A stretch of 64,000 bases of DNA, from positions 218,304,001 to 218,368,000 of the forward strand of contig NC_086097.1 of NCBI RefSeq assembly GCF_963921235.1, in the 5' to 3' direction. This DNA comes from Mobula hypostoma. Its lineage: Eukaryota. This document shows, piece by piece, positions 52,046 through 64,000 of the stretch; the first letter of the stretch is position 1, and every line of letters starts with the position of its first letter. The translations under genes and the position numbers were made by a program. The notes under the pieces are model-generated. The model saw nothing but the letters and a program-made list of their open reading frames with translations. It was not told the DNA's origin and made no database searches.

Positions 52046-53729
52046 AAAAATCTATTCAATGCACATAATTGATTTACTTGTTCATTTATTATGTTTTATT
52101 TTGTTTATTATTATTATTTTTTCTCTCTCTGCTAGATTATGTATTGCATTGAACTGCTGCTGCTAAGTTAACAAATTGCATGTCACATGCTGGTGATAAT
52201 AAACCTGATTCTGATTCTGATATTGTCCTGTGTTTTACGCTTGTCACTGAACCATAATCAATTCTGGTATGTTTCACACAGACAATAAAGTGATTCTGAT
52301 TAATTTGCTTCCATAGATGCTGCCTGTCTTACTGAGCTCTTCCTGCATTTTGTATGTGTTACTATACATAGTCTCTCAGTTCCTTTTCTTTGAAATAACT
52401 CTTTTATATTTTCTGTGTTCACCTGGGATCCCTGTTGTTTTTTAAATCTTATAATTATAATATAGCCTGGAACGAGCTGCCAGATTAGGTGGTAAATGTG
52501 GGCTCACTTTTAACATTTAAGAAAAACATGCTCATGGAGTTGGCAGTAATTCAGCAGCTGGTACCTTTGAGATACATTTTATTCCTTTACTTACTCCTGC
52601 ACATTTTTTCTATCTACGATCTATTCGGAGTTTTCTCAAAATTTCTGCAGCCTCTCTATAATGTTTTTTTCACTTACACAAGAGAGACAACAACACATGG
52701 GCAATCTATGTTGTCCATTAATTTTCCTAATTTCTCTCTTTCTATGCTTGATTGCTCTGGACTGCATACTCCTCAATAGTACACAATAATCTTCACTGTA
52801 TTTCCCAATGAATACCTGTTTATGAGATGCATTCCCAGTGGATTTCTACTCTGGGTAGAACTGGAAAGATTTCTTGAACCAATAACACATGAATTGTCCT
52901 GCTGTTCCCAAAAAACAAAATGATTCTCAAAGGTACATGGAGCTTAGAAAAATAGAGGGCTATACAGTAGGGAAAATCAAGGCAGCTTCTAGAGTAGGTT
53001 ACATGGTCGGCACAACGTTATGGGCCAAAGGGCCTGTAATGTGCTGCAGATTTCGATGTTCCATGTAACAGTTATCCCAATATTTGGGTTAAAAATACCT
53101 TGGCAGGCAAGTCATCTGTTTGTTTATTATTTGCCTCATGGTTTAAAATGTCCCTTTTGCACCAAATTTACACAATCACCAATTCTTGTATCATTGCATT
53201 CATCACATTCCCACCTGTGTGCATTGAGGAAACATTTCTCAAATACATGACTTTTAAAAGCAGTTTAGTTCAAATTCATTCAACATTTGCTGATAGCTAT
53301 TCCATAACTAAACACATTTTTAAAAATACTATAACAGGTACAATTAGAAGAAAGGAAGGAGTGCTGATGGAGAAAAATTGTTTGTGAGATAGCGAGCTCT
53401 CTGATAGAGAGTTTTGAATTATCAGAATGCAGTTCCAGCTATGGAAAGTCACCCAGATGATTCCAAAGTTTGTCTTAAACTCTAATTGGTATATATATAT
53501 ATAGTACTTTCCTATATCCGTCTGCAGACATTTAAATCTATTTATTACTTATTATAATTTTCCAGCTTTAACCTTCTAAATGTTCAATTTTTTTTCAACT
53601 AGTTGACTCCATTTTGCAACACTATTTGGCATCATTGATATTAATTTGAAAGAGCAAATTAGAAAGAGACATTGTTGTAGGGTGGGAGCTATTTGAAAAG
53701 AAAAAGTTACGTGGGGAGTGAATTTTATT

Positions 53730-55225
53730 TGAGCCAATAAAAAAGGGAGGTGTAAGCAGAGTGACCATTGTTGGAGTGGGTCAGTGTTAGAGTGGGAGGC
53801 TTTGGCTCAACAGGTTTAGGCAAGCACTGGCAGAGGTAATAAGTAAGTTTTTTTCCTCTTTCTTTGTCTATTAGTACATAGTTAGTGCGTTCAGAATGGG
53901 TCCAGAGTTGCTGGTATGTTACAGAGATGTGGGAACTCTGGGAAATCTCAACTGTCCCTGATAACCACATCTGGACAAAGTGCACCGAGCTGCAGCTCCT
54001 TGGAGATCATGTTAAGGAACTGGAGCAGTAGCTTAATGACCTTCGAGTCATACAGGAGAATGAGAAGGAGATAGATAGATAGAAGCTTCAGGGAGATAGG
54101 CACCTCTTAGTTGTAGGAGTCAGGTGCCAGGGTGACTGTCAGGAGATGGAAAGGGAATAGGCAGCCAGTGTAGAGTACCCTTGTGGCCGTTCCTCTTAAT
54201 AATAAGTATACCACTTTGGATACTGTTGGGGCAGATGACCTACTGGAGGAAACTGTAGTGACTGGGTCTCTAGAACTGAGTTTGGTTCTGTGGTTCAGAA
54301 GTTGGGGGGGGGGTGCAGAAAAGGAGTGAAGTAGAGATAGTGAATTCCATAGTTAGAAGAGCAGACAGGAGATTCTGTGGACGTGAAAGAGATACCCACA
54401 TGACATTTTGCCTCCCAAATGCCAGGGCCAGGGATGTGTCTTATTGGGTTCACAGCATGTTAAAGGAGGAAGGTGTGAAGCCAGAGGTCAAGGTACATTT
54501 AGGTACCAATGACATAGGTAGGAAAGGGATATGGTCCTGAAAGGAGAATATGGGGAATTAGGTAGAAAGCTGAAAATAGGACTTCCAGGGTAGTAATCCC
54601 ACATGCCAGTGAGGGTAAGAATAGGATGATTTGGCAGATTAATGCATGGCTGAGGAATTGGTGCAGGAGGCAGGGTTTCAAATTTCTGGATCATTGCTAT
54701 CTCTTCTGGGGAAGGTACGTCCTGCAAAAAAAAAGACAAGTTACACTTGAAACTGAGGGGGACCAAAGAGAACTGGAAAATAGCAAATGTCACTCTTTAA
54801 GAAGGGAGAGAGGCAGAAGAAAGGAAGTTATGGGCCAGTTCGCCTGATTTCAGTGGCTGGTTAAATGTTGGAAGACTATTATTAAGGATGAGATTTTGGG
54901 GTAATTGGAAGAACATTAATGAAGTAGGCAAAAGTCAGCATGGTTTCCTTAAGGGGAAAATCTTGCCTGACAGATCTGTTGGAATACTTTGAGGAAAAAA
55001 CAGGCAGGATAGACAAAGGAGAGTCGATGGATGTTGTTTATCAAATTTTCAGAATGCCTTTTACAAGATGCCATAAATGAGGCGGCTCAACAAGACAAGA
55101 GCCCATGGTACTACAGGAAAGATACTGCACTAGCATGGATAGAAGTTTACTGATCGGCAGAAGGCAAAGGATGGGAATAAAAGGTGCCTATTCTTGTTGG
55201 ACTGATTGGTTTAATACTGTTCCTA
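53730..55225 (+). mobile_element. Decayed CR1 with ORF1 (SGNH esterase) and deleted ORF2
   Basis: FCLPNARARDV..VHLGTNDIGRK and INAWLRNWCRRQGFKFLDH, followed by RT N-terminal remnants. Confidence 0.8.
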
Positions 55226-55595
55226 TGTCTTATTTTCTTGGTTAGTATTAGATTCCTTTTACATGTCCGTCAGCAACATCCAACCCCCAACTCTGTTGTC
55301 CCAGCAAATGCTCAGCCCTATTCAAGGGCTTGAGAGATCTGACAAAAGCCAAACATCAATGTTTCTTTTTATGAATATTCTGTAGCCTGAGTCATTTAAT
55401 TATTATTAATTCACCTGGCAAATTGCACATGCCCTTATTTTACTCTGCATTGCATTAGATCATTATAGCAGAATGTTAATTGCAAAGCATTTGTGATAGA
55501 TTTTCTTCATAACTAGAAATTAAACATAATTTCAAATATGTCTACCTGACCTCTACTGCAGCCCAATTTACATACTATCTATTTTGCAAACTTAC

Positions 55596-55680
55596 ACAAA
55601 GTGCTAGATGCTGGCCCATGTTTATATTTGCTACCGTACACAGAGCGAAGAGCATTGACAGCTTTGAACGCTGCAGATTC
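55596..55680 (-). CDS. CPA6: Carboxypeptidase A6, penultimate coding exon (not in ORF track)
   Basis: ttttcag|GAATCT...ACTTTGT|gtaagt, 85 nt. Encodes [28 protein letters not shown] plus the first base of the Tyr248-equivalent codon. Phases join in frame with both neighbouring exons. Confidence 0.94.
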
Positions 55681-56243
55681 CTGAAAAATGAAACAAAAAT
55701 AATCAGATTATTTACATCATATTAGTTGAATTTAAAAAGCAACAGTTTTCTTTAGTGAATTTGATAATATCAAAATAAGCACAATGCATGATTTTGTGGA
55801 TCATAATTGACTCAATAAGTTGATATGATAGTATATGGTGAAATGCATTAAACAATGGCTCAGAAATTGCTAGAGACCACATTTGGTTTGAGTGTCACAA
55901 ATTTTCTGAACTTCACTTGGGAAGTTTGCATAACAGTTGTACTGTGAGTCTCTTAGTATTGAAACTGGCATTTTCAGCTTCAGACGTCTAAGCTGCCATA
56001 TAGTGCAACAGGTCGTTTTGTTTTGCAGCCTGTTCCTATAAGGAACAAACCACAATGAAACAGCACTTTCTCTTTGGGTGTTGTTCCTAAGGAAATTGAA
56101 ATGAGGAGATAGATTCCCCAACAGGTTCTAAGACAAACAGAAATGCTCACATCAGCTATGATGTAGCAGCAGAGCATATTTGATGGGCCAAATAGCCTAT
56201 TTCTGCTCCTATATCTTATGGTCTTTATTGTTCTATGCTGGAT

Positions 56244-56382
56244 TTCAATCCTGATGAAAGGTCTCTAATCTAAACACAGACCATTTATTTCCCTCCATAG
56301 ATGCTGCCTAACTTGATGAATTCCTCCAGCATTTTTCGTGTGGGTCTCAAGATTTCCAGCATCTGCAGAATCTCTTGTGTTT
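56244..56382 (+). mobile_element. Older PLE terminal fragment with degenerate hammerhead (56246-56283)
   Basis: CCTGATGAAAGGTCTC...CCATAGATGCTGCC...TTTCCAGCATCTGCAGAATCTCTTGTGTTT resembles the PLE terminus and tail. Confidence 0.62.
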
Positions 56383-57387
56383 ATCTATGCTGGATAAACC
56401 CATTTCAACTGCATATCAGCATTTCTTTCAAGTTGTGTAAATCTAAAGATCAAACTTTCATGGTAAGCCTAATTGGCCCAGTTCAGCTTAGAAATACTGC
56501 TTATTTGTTTTGCTGTATGGAAGTGCACCAAAATTGTGTCAGTAGATGATGGCATGCATTCATCTACACATCTGATCCCATTAACTTCAATTGGTCAGCC
56601 CATCCATGGGTCAATGCAATAGTTGTGGAGTGCTATCTCAGTAGAGTCCCAGGAGTCTGGTTGCCAAGACCCATTCAAGGAAAAGCATGATTTATACGGA
56701 ATCATAGAATTACATCCATCAACAAGTGAACTTAAATGTCCTATCCTAATGCTTGTGTTTGATTTATTTCTTTGGCATGATAAATGCTCATTAAGGTCAA
56801 TAGTTATGGATTTGCAAATCTTATGTTAATTGCTTTTTTCAACAACGAGCACAGAACAAATACTACTGCTTGGCTCCAGGTACGAAATTATATCCCAATA
56901 GGAGTGCAATACCTTAAATACTATTCTTTATAGAGGTGCAGATAGATGACAATACAACAAAATCTGAGTCGTAATGGATAACAGGAATTTAAAATGTCTT
57001 TTGCACATTAAAATTTTATCAGTTCAGGAAACCTTCCTTCTTATTCTTTTAATATATTTAACAGTGAAATTAAATGGTCAACCTATATTTTACTTTCACA
57101 AAAGTTTCCTCATTCTCCAGTTTGGTGAGCCAGTTTTGCTCAACTTTTAAGTTCCATTTGCTCCCTGATGCCTTTAAAGCAGCTTCAGTGAGGAAAGTAA
57201 CAAACTTTGCAAAACAAATAAACTTATATAACGTCCATAAATTATTACAATCGGCAAGTATATTTTAACATCTTGTCAACTGCACCAGAGAACTAAGATT
57301 TAACTTCTTGCACACTGATTTGATGAACAGCCACAAAAACAATCTTGCAATTTGATCAAAACACGAATTTCAGTTAATTCTACTTAC

Positions 57388-57590
57388 CACACAGTTAAAA
57401 TTAGGAATGATTGCATCCTTATAGGAATATGGATAAAGGAGCATTTGGGAATACGAATGGAATGAAATATATGCTTTAATTTGTTTCTTGTTTTTACGCA
57501 GGAAGGTTGCAACTGCCTTGACCTCTGGCTCAGATTCTGGCATGGGTCCACAGTATGTATCAGCACAAGGATGTAATGATGCACCTTCAC
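57388..57590 (-). CDS. CPA6: Carboxypeptidase A6, third-last coding exon
   Basis: ttttcag| acceptor and GTG|gtaagt donor, 203 nt. Encodes [67 protein letters not shown], with M14 motifs ESEPE and FHSYSQ (Zn ligand His196 equivalent). Synteny with ARFGEF1 supports CPA6. Confidence 0.95.
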
Positions 57591-58059
57591 CTGAAAATTT
57601 ACAAACCAAAAATTGAGTGCAAGTTGGAGAATAAATCAGAAAATCAGTAATGATTAAATGGCATTAATCTTATGGAGGAAATGTAATGATGTAATTAACA
57701 ACAGTTCAGGCTTAAGTAGTTGATACCATGATTTGCTTTGGTAGAGGAGATTGATGGTTAGAAATCACTCCCATGTGTCTGAAATATGAAAACATATTAA
57801 ATAAACAAAGAATCTAAGTTAAGGAAGTAAATAACAGAAAATGATCTCACCTTCAACCCTGTACTTAAGAATTCTCTCCCTTTGCAATCATGCAGGGTGT
57901 CCAAACTTTACCAGATCAGCTCCCCGATTTTTTTCTCTCCCCACACTTGCTGTTCTTGCAACAAGCTTTTCAGACCTGTGCAGGGAGCCAGACAGTGTTG
58001 GGCTCTGAGGTTTCTAGAGACCTGAATTGGTTAATTGTTGCTTAACAAGAGTCATTAGT

Positions 58060-61000
58060 TCAGAGAAGGAAGTCTGAGAATAGGAGCGGGAGTGTGGAGG
58101 AAGCCATTTTAAATTTTTCTTTATCTCATCGGAGTTAAGAGAGGCGGGACTGTGCAAGTGTGTGACGTCGGGCAGTGAAGAGCTGAAGATTTAAAAGGTC
58201 AGAAATCCTGATTTGGGTTTAATTCGGAGAAGGAAGTCTGAGAATCGGAGCGGGAGTGCGGTGGAAGCCATTTTGAATTTTTCTTTTTCTCATCAGAGTT
58301 AAGAGAGGCTGGACTGCACAGGCATGTGACGTTGGGCAGTGAAGCACGGAAGATTTAAAAGGAACACAGCCTTATACAGTGGGCAGCGTCATTTTGCAGG
58401 CAGTGGAGTGAGCCGGGAGCAGATTGAAGGCCTAAGGGCTCTGGCTCAACGGGCTTAGGCGGAAACGGGCGAGGCGAAGTAGGTTTGGTTTTCAATTATC
58501 CTGTTATTTGAGGAAAGGGGGAGGTATGAGTGTGAGGGCAGCTTGTTGTTCTCGGTGTCGGATGTGGGAGGTCCTGAAGTTTCCCAGCCTCCTGGACGCC
58601 CACACCTGCGCCAAGTGCGCCGAGCTGTAGCTCCTAAGGGACCGTGTTAGGGAACTGGAGCTGCAGCTCAACGACCTTCGTCTGGTCAGGGAGAGTGAGG
58701 AGTTGATAGAGAGGAGTTACAGGCAGGTGGTTACACCGGGGCCACGGGAGGCAGACAAGTGGGTCATGGTTAGGAGAGGGAAGGGGAAGTACTAGAGAGT
58801 ACCCCAGTGGCTGTGCCCCTTGACAACAAGTACTCCTGTTTGGGGGGGACAGCTTACCTGGGAGAAGCAACAGTGGCCGTGCCTCCGGCACAGAGTCCGG
58901 CCCTGTAGCTCAGAAGGGTAGGGAAAGGAAGAGGAGGGCAGTAGTAAAAGGGGACTCAATAGTTAGGGGGTCAGATAGGCAATTCTGTGGACGCAGTCAG
59001 GAGACCCGGATGGTAGTTTGCCTCCCTGGTGCCAGGGTCTGGGATGTTTCTGATCGCGTCCAAGATATCCTGAAGTGGGAGGGTGAGGAGCCAGAGGCTG
59101 TGGTACATATAGGTACCAATGACATAGGTAGGAAAAGGGAAGAGGTCCTGAAAGGAGAATATAGGGAGTTAGGAAGGGAGTTGAGAAGAAGGACCGCAAA
59201 GGTAGTAATCTCGGGATTACTGCCTATGCCACGCGACAGTGAGAGTATGAATGGAATGAGGTAGAGGATAAATGCGTGGCTGAGGGATTGGAGCAGGGGG
59301 CAGGGATTCAAGTTTCTGGATCATTGGGACCTCTTTTGGTGCAGGTGTGACCTGTATAAAAAGGACGGGTTGCACTTGAATCCTAGGGGGACCAATATCC
59401 TGGTGGGGAGATTTGCAAAGGCTACTGAGGTGACTTTAAACTAGAATGGTTGAGGGGTGGGAATCAATTGAAGAGACTAGGAGAGAGGAAGTTATTTCAC
59501 AAATAGAGAAAGCTAGTAGGCAGTCTGTGAGAGAGGATAGGCAGGGGACAGAGAACGGGAGCACTCAGACTGAAGATGTAGGGGAGAAGGAAGAAAAAGA
59601 TAACAAAGTTGTTTGCAACATTAGGGATAAACAGAGAATAAGAGTTGGAGAGTTTCTTAAATGCATCTATTTTAATGCAAGGAGCATTGTAAGAAAGGTG
59701 GATGAGCTTAGAGCATGGATTGATACCTGGAAATATGATGTTGTAGCTATTAATGAAACATGGTTGCAGGAGGGGTGTGATTGGCAACTAAATATTCCTG
59801 GATTTTGTTGCTTCAGGTGTGATAGAATCGGAGGACAAGAGGGGGAATTGTTGCATTGCTTGTCAGAGAAAATATAACAGCGGTGCTTTGGCAGGATAGA
59901 TTAGAGAACTCGTCTAGGGAGGCTATTTGGGTGGAATTGAGGAATGGGAAAGGTGTAGTAATGCTTATAGGGGTGTATTATAGACCACTTAATGAGGAGC
60001 GAGAATTGGAGGAGCAAATTTGTAAGGAGATAGCAGATATTTGTAGTAAGCACAAGGGTGTGATTGTGGGAGATTTTAATTTTCCACACATAGACTGGGA
60101 AGCCCATTCTGTAAAAGGGCTGGATGGTTTGGAGTTTGCAAAATGTGCGGAAGATAGTTTTTTGCAGTAATACATAGAGGTACCAATTAGAGAAGGGGCA
60201 GTGTTGGATCTCCTGTTAGGGAATGAGATAGGGCAGGTGATGGAGGTATGTGTTGGGGAGCACTTCGGGTCCAGTGATCACAATGCCATTAGTTTCAACA
60301 TAATTATGGAGAAGGATAGGTCTGGACCCAGGGTTGAGATTTTTGATTGGAGAAAGGCTAACTTTGAGGAGATGCGAAAGGATTTAGAAGGAGTGGATTG
60401 GGACAATTTGTTTTATGGGAAGGATGTAACAGAGAAATGGAGATCATTTAAAGGTGAAATTTTGAGGTTACAGGATCTTTATGTTCTTGTTAGGTTGAAA
60501 TGAAAGATTGAAAGTTTGAGAGAGCCATAGTTTTCAAGGCATATTGGAAACTTGGTTCGGAAAAAGAGAGCGATCTACAATAAATATTGGCAGCTTGGAG
60601 TAAATGAAGTGCTCGAGGAATATAAAGAACATAAAAAGAATCTTAAGAAATTAGAAAAGCTAAAAGAAGATATGAGGCTGCTTTGGCAAGTAAGGTGAAA
60701 ATAAATCCAAAGGGTTTCTACAGTTATATTAATAGCAAAAGGATAGTGAGGGATAAAATTGGTCCCTTAGAGAATCAGAGTGGACGGCTATGTGCGGAGC
60801 CAAAAGAGATGGAGAAGATTTTGAACAATTTCTTTTCTTCGGTATTCACGAAGGAGAAAGATGTTGAATTGTGTAAGGTAAGGGAAACAAGAAGGGTAGT
60901 TATGGAAAGTATGATGATTAAAGAAGAGGAAGTACAGGTGCTTTTAAGGAATATAAAAGTGGATAAGTCTCTGGGTCCTGACAGGATATTCCTTAGGACC

Positions 61001-61790
61001 TTGAGGGAAGTTAGTGTAGAAATAACAGGGGCTCTGACAGAAATATTTCAAATGTCATTAGAAACAGGTATGGTGCTGGAGGATTGGCGTATTGCTCATT
61101 TTGTTCCGTTGTTTAAAAAGGGTTCTAAGAGTAAACCTAGCAATTATTGGCCTGTGAGTTTGACGTCAGTGGTGGGTAAATTGATGGAAAGTATTTTTAG
61201 AGATAGTATATGTTATTATTTGGATAGACAGGGTCTGATTAGGAAGTCAACATGGATTTGTACGTGGAAGGTTATGTTTGACAAATCTTATTGAATTTTT
61301 TGAAGAGGTTACTAGGAAAGTTGACAAGGGTAAAATGGTGGATATTGTCTATATGGACTCCAGTAAGGCCTTGGACAAGGTTCCACATGGAAGGTTAGTT
61401 AGTTAGGGGGGACTTGATAGAGGTATTTAAAATTATGAGGGGGATAGATAGAGTTGATGTGGATAGGCTTTTTCCATTGAGAGTGGGTGAGATTCAAACC
61501 AGAGGACGTGAGTTGAGAGTTAAAGGGTAAAAGTTTAGGGGTAACATGAGGGGGAACTTCTTTACTCAGAGAGTGGTAGCTGTGTGGAACGAGCTTCCAG
61601 CAGAAGTGGTTGAGGCAGGTTCGATGTTGTCATTTAAAGTAAAATTGGATAGCTATATGGACAGGAAAGGAATGGAGGGTTATGGGCTAAGTGCAGGTTG
61701 GTGGGACGAGATGAGAGTAAGAGTTCAGCATGGACTAGAAGGGCCGAGGTGGTCTGTTTCCGTGCTGTAATTGTTATATGGTTACATGGT
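58060..61790 (+). mobile_element. CR1 LINE with 5' UTR, ORF1 (Zn-finger plus SGNH esterase), APE and internally deleted RT; lies in a CPA6 intron, antisense
   Basis: VVCLPGARV..VHIGTNDIG, CIYFNARSI..ETWL, GDFNFP and SSDHN. A jump at about 61400 from HGRLV to RGDLIEVFK removes most of the RT. 3' tail near 61770-61790. Confidence 0.92.
58063..58362 (+). repeat. Tandem duplication of a 136-bp CR1 5' UTR unit
   Basis: 58063-58198 and 58227-58362 are diverged direct repeats, period 164. Confidence 0.88.
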
Positions 61791-62929
61791 TTAGAGTTGC
61801 TTGTGTTTTTCTCAAGCGACCGGATCTTTGTAATGAGGTCTCCTGGAGTTTTCTGTATAAACATGATAAGTTTATTTTGATAGGCTTGGGGATCCTGTGT
61901 TATTTGTATTATTTAAATAGACGCCTGATTAGTGCTTATTACGGGGTCTTAGTTTTGAGGGTGTTATGTCTCATGGTGTCGATCAGCTGAGCCACTGATG
62001 TTCTGTGGGAATTCTTATGAATAAATTCTGGTTGCCATCTCTACATGGAAATCTGTCTTTCTTCCTTACTTTGGTTCTAACATTGCTAGTGCACATTGTG
62101 ACAGTTCTCCCCTTCTTGACTCATCCTTAAAACCATTATCACCTATTCCCACTTCCTAGCCTTCTATCTTTCTCGTAGCCATCACATTCCTGGCACTTGA
62201 TTGCCAAAGCTCTTTCCAAAAAAAAACCCAATTATCCCTTCAGCAATACCCACAATTCCCTAAGCTCTAATCTTCCCCAGTTCCCCTAAGAATTCCTGCA
62301 GGCTATGATATAAGTCTCTCCCTCGAGAGCCAATCCTCTCATCCCCACAAATCTTTTTCTCTGAGGATTCAGTTCCCTTTGCCTCTAATATCCCCAAATG
62401 GTCACTCCAGTTTATTGTTTCCCATCCTGCCTAATCACTGTGCTTTCTCCCACACTCCATCAACCATCAACCTCTACAGCCTGACTCTGATACCCTTCCC
62501 CTTCATGATGCTCCCAGGCAGTAGGTTGGAATCAAAAGCCTCAGCTGGCTGAGTTATGATCGTGAAATCAAGACAAAAATGATAAACATCTGCTGCTGTT
62601 TAATTAAAATTGGCAATATCTTCAGGAAACCCCTTCCAGGTCTTCTGAAAATCAATCTCTCCTCCAAAGGCTCTGTGTTAATGTTGGTGACTAATCTACA
62701 GAGCTAGAACGTGATCCATGTTCCCTTCCCTCTTTTGAAAATAAGTACAGAAGCACAAGCTTTTGAAAAAAAATTAAGAATATGAATTCTCAGTAAAGAT
62801 TCTTGCCATTCTCAATTCAGGAATAACTTGACTTACAGTTGAGTTCCTTTGTTCAGGTTACAGAAATTCATCCTTCCAGAATTCACAAATCACCATCCAA
62901 AAGTACGGAAAAAAAAAACTCACTTGCAC

Positions 62930-63322
62930 AGAAATTACTCATGATGGATAGGTCATGTCATCCGCATGCCTAATACAGGTCTCTCCAAACAGATCCTTTA
63001 CTCCCAGTTGAAGGAAGGTCAGTGAGCAACTTGTGGGCAAAGGAAACACTTCAAAGATCTCATCAAAGTCAGCCTGAAGGTAGTCAACACGATATCTGAA
63101 GATACTGCACTCAACAGATAAACCTGGAGGAAATCTGTTCAAGAGGGAGCTGTGCTGCAGAGAATAACAGGCAGTTGCAAAAGGAGAAACGCAACAACCA
63201 AAAGACCCAACCACTAATCATAGCCACTACTGACTTGTGTCCGCTGCAGCAGAATATGTGGATCCCAGATTGGCCTCCACAGCAACCTGAGGATCCCCCA
63301 ATAGATAACCCTTTGGGAGAAC
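62930..63322 (+). mobile_element. RTE-type LINE 3' fragment
   Basis: Reads WIGHVIRMPNTGLSKQILYSQLKEG..GQRKHFKD, plus a C-terminal Zn-finger remnant (RICGSQIGLHS). Confidence 0.7.
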
Positions 63323-63324
63323 AT

Positions 63325-64000
63325 TATAGACAACAGACAATAGGTGCAGGAGTAGGCCATTCGGCCCTTCAAGCCAGCACCGCCATTCACTGTGATCATG
63401 GCTGATCATCCACAATCAGTATCCAGTTCCTGCCTTATCCCCATAACCTTTGATTCTGCTATCTTTAGGAGCTCTATCTATCTCTTTCTTGAAAGCATCC
63501 AGAGACTTGGCCTCCACTGCCTTCTGGGGCAGAGCATTCCACATATCCACCACTCTCTGGGTGAAAAAGTTTTTCCTCAACTCCATTCTAAATGGCCTAC
63601 CCCTTATTCCTGAACTGTGGCCTCTGGTTCTGGACTCACCCATCAGCGGGAACATGCTTCCTGCCCCAGCATGTCCAATCCCTTAAAAATCTTACATGTT
63701 TCAATCGGATCCCCTCTCATCCTTCTAAATTCCAGTGTATACAAGCACAGTCGCTCCAATCTTTCAACATGTGACAGTCCTGCCATAGATAGATAGATAG
63801 ATATACTTCATTGATCCCGAGGGAAACCGGGTTTCGTTACAGCCACACCAACCAAGAATAGAGCATAAATATAGCAATACAAAGACCACAAACAATCAAA
63901 CAACTATATGCAAACTATGCCAGATGGAATAAGTCCAGGACCAGCTTATTGGCTGAAGGTGTCTGACCCTCCACGGCCATCCCGGGAATTAACCTTGTGA
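63325..64000 (-). mobile_element. CR1 3' end, interrupted at 63787-63975 by a short LINE 3' fragment with (TATC)n tail
   Basis: GESRTRGHS..FFTQRVVDMWNALP. The insert is flanked by GCCAT at 63782-63786 and 63976-63980. Confidence 0.85.

Larger units (their letters stand above)
45500..52221 (+). mobile_element. Near full-length Rex1/Babar-like LINE (45500-46368, 49528-51231, 52046-52221) with nested insertions
   Basis: APE (CFMESWL..KSRGGGVC..ILGDLN..SDH), 411-aa RT ORF 49533-50768 ([23 protein letters not shown]) and tail (GATTCT)n. The junction AGGT-AT|AT-GATTT restores the sequence seen at about 19821. Confidence 0.92.

Noticed and set aside
57893..57930. CAGGGTGTCCAAACT, resembling a hAT terminal inverted repeat
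   Set aside because: No partner TIR or 8-bp TSD was identified.
57600..64000. Next upstream CPA6 exon (expected WRKTR..GVD.NRNW motif)
   Set aside because: Not found by eye. It probably lies beyond the right edge. ARFGEF1 exon 2 was likewise not found in 1-13429.

Overview
Eukaryotic vertebrate genomic DNA. The repeat families point to a cartilaginous fish, possibly a ray (inference). Two host genes lie on the minus strand, in the same order and orientation as on human 8q13. They are the last three coding exons of CPA6 (57388-57590, 55596-55680, 42257-42450) and the CpG-island promoter plus first coding exon of ARFGEF1/BIG1 (13430-13553), whose intron 1 runs off the left edge. Most of the rest is decayed, often nested, transposable elements: CR1, Rex1/Babar-like, L1, RTE, a HERO-like RLE LINE, a Tigger/pogo DNA transposon, a solo LTR, V-SINEs and Penelope-like elements (PLEs). 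Nearly all ORF-track entries are fragments or antisense shadows of these. The most striking signal is a PLE family carrying a 38-nt minimal hammerhead ribozyme (five well-preserved and two degenerate copies). It includes a 1.38-kb near-perfect palindromic insertion with a 14-bp target-site duplication (TSD) and very short non-coding ribozyme-only insertions. Other observations: a candidate stop-start uORF pair in the ARFGEF1 leader, an 11-copy NR5A/ERR-site minisatellite in ARFGEF1 intron 1, Ile at CPA6 specificity position 255, and a 78-bp template-switch inverted duplication. I found no wholly new gene system. Boundaries of old TE fragments are approximate, and family names come from motif recognition, not database searches.
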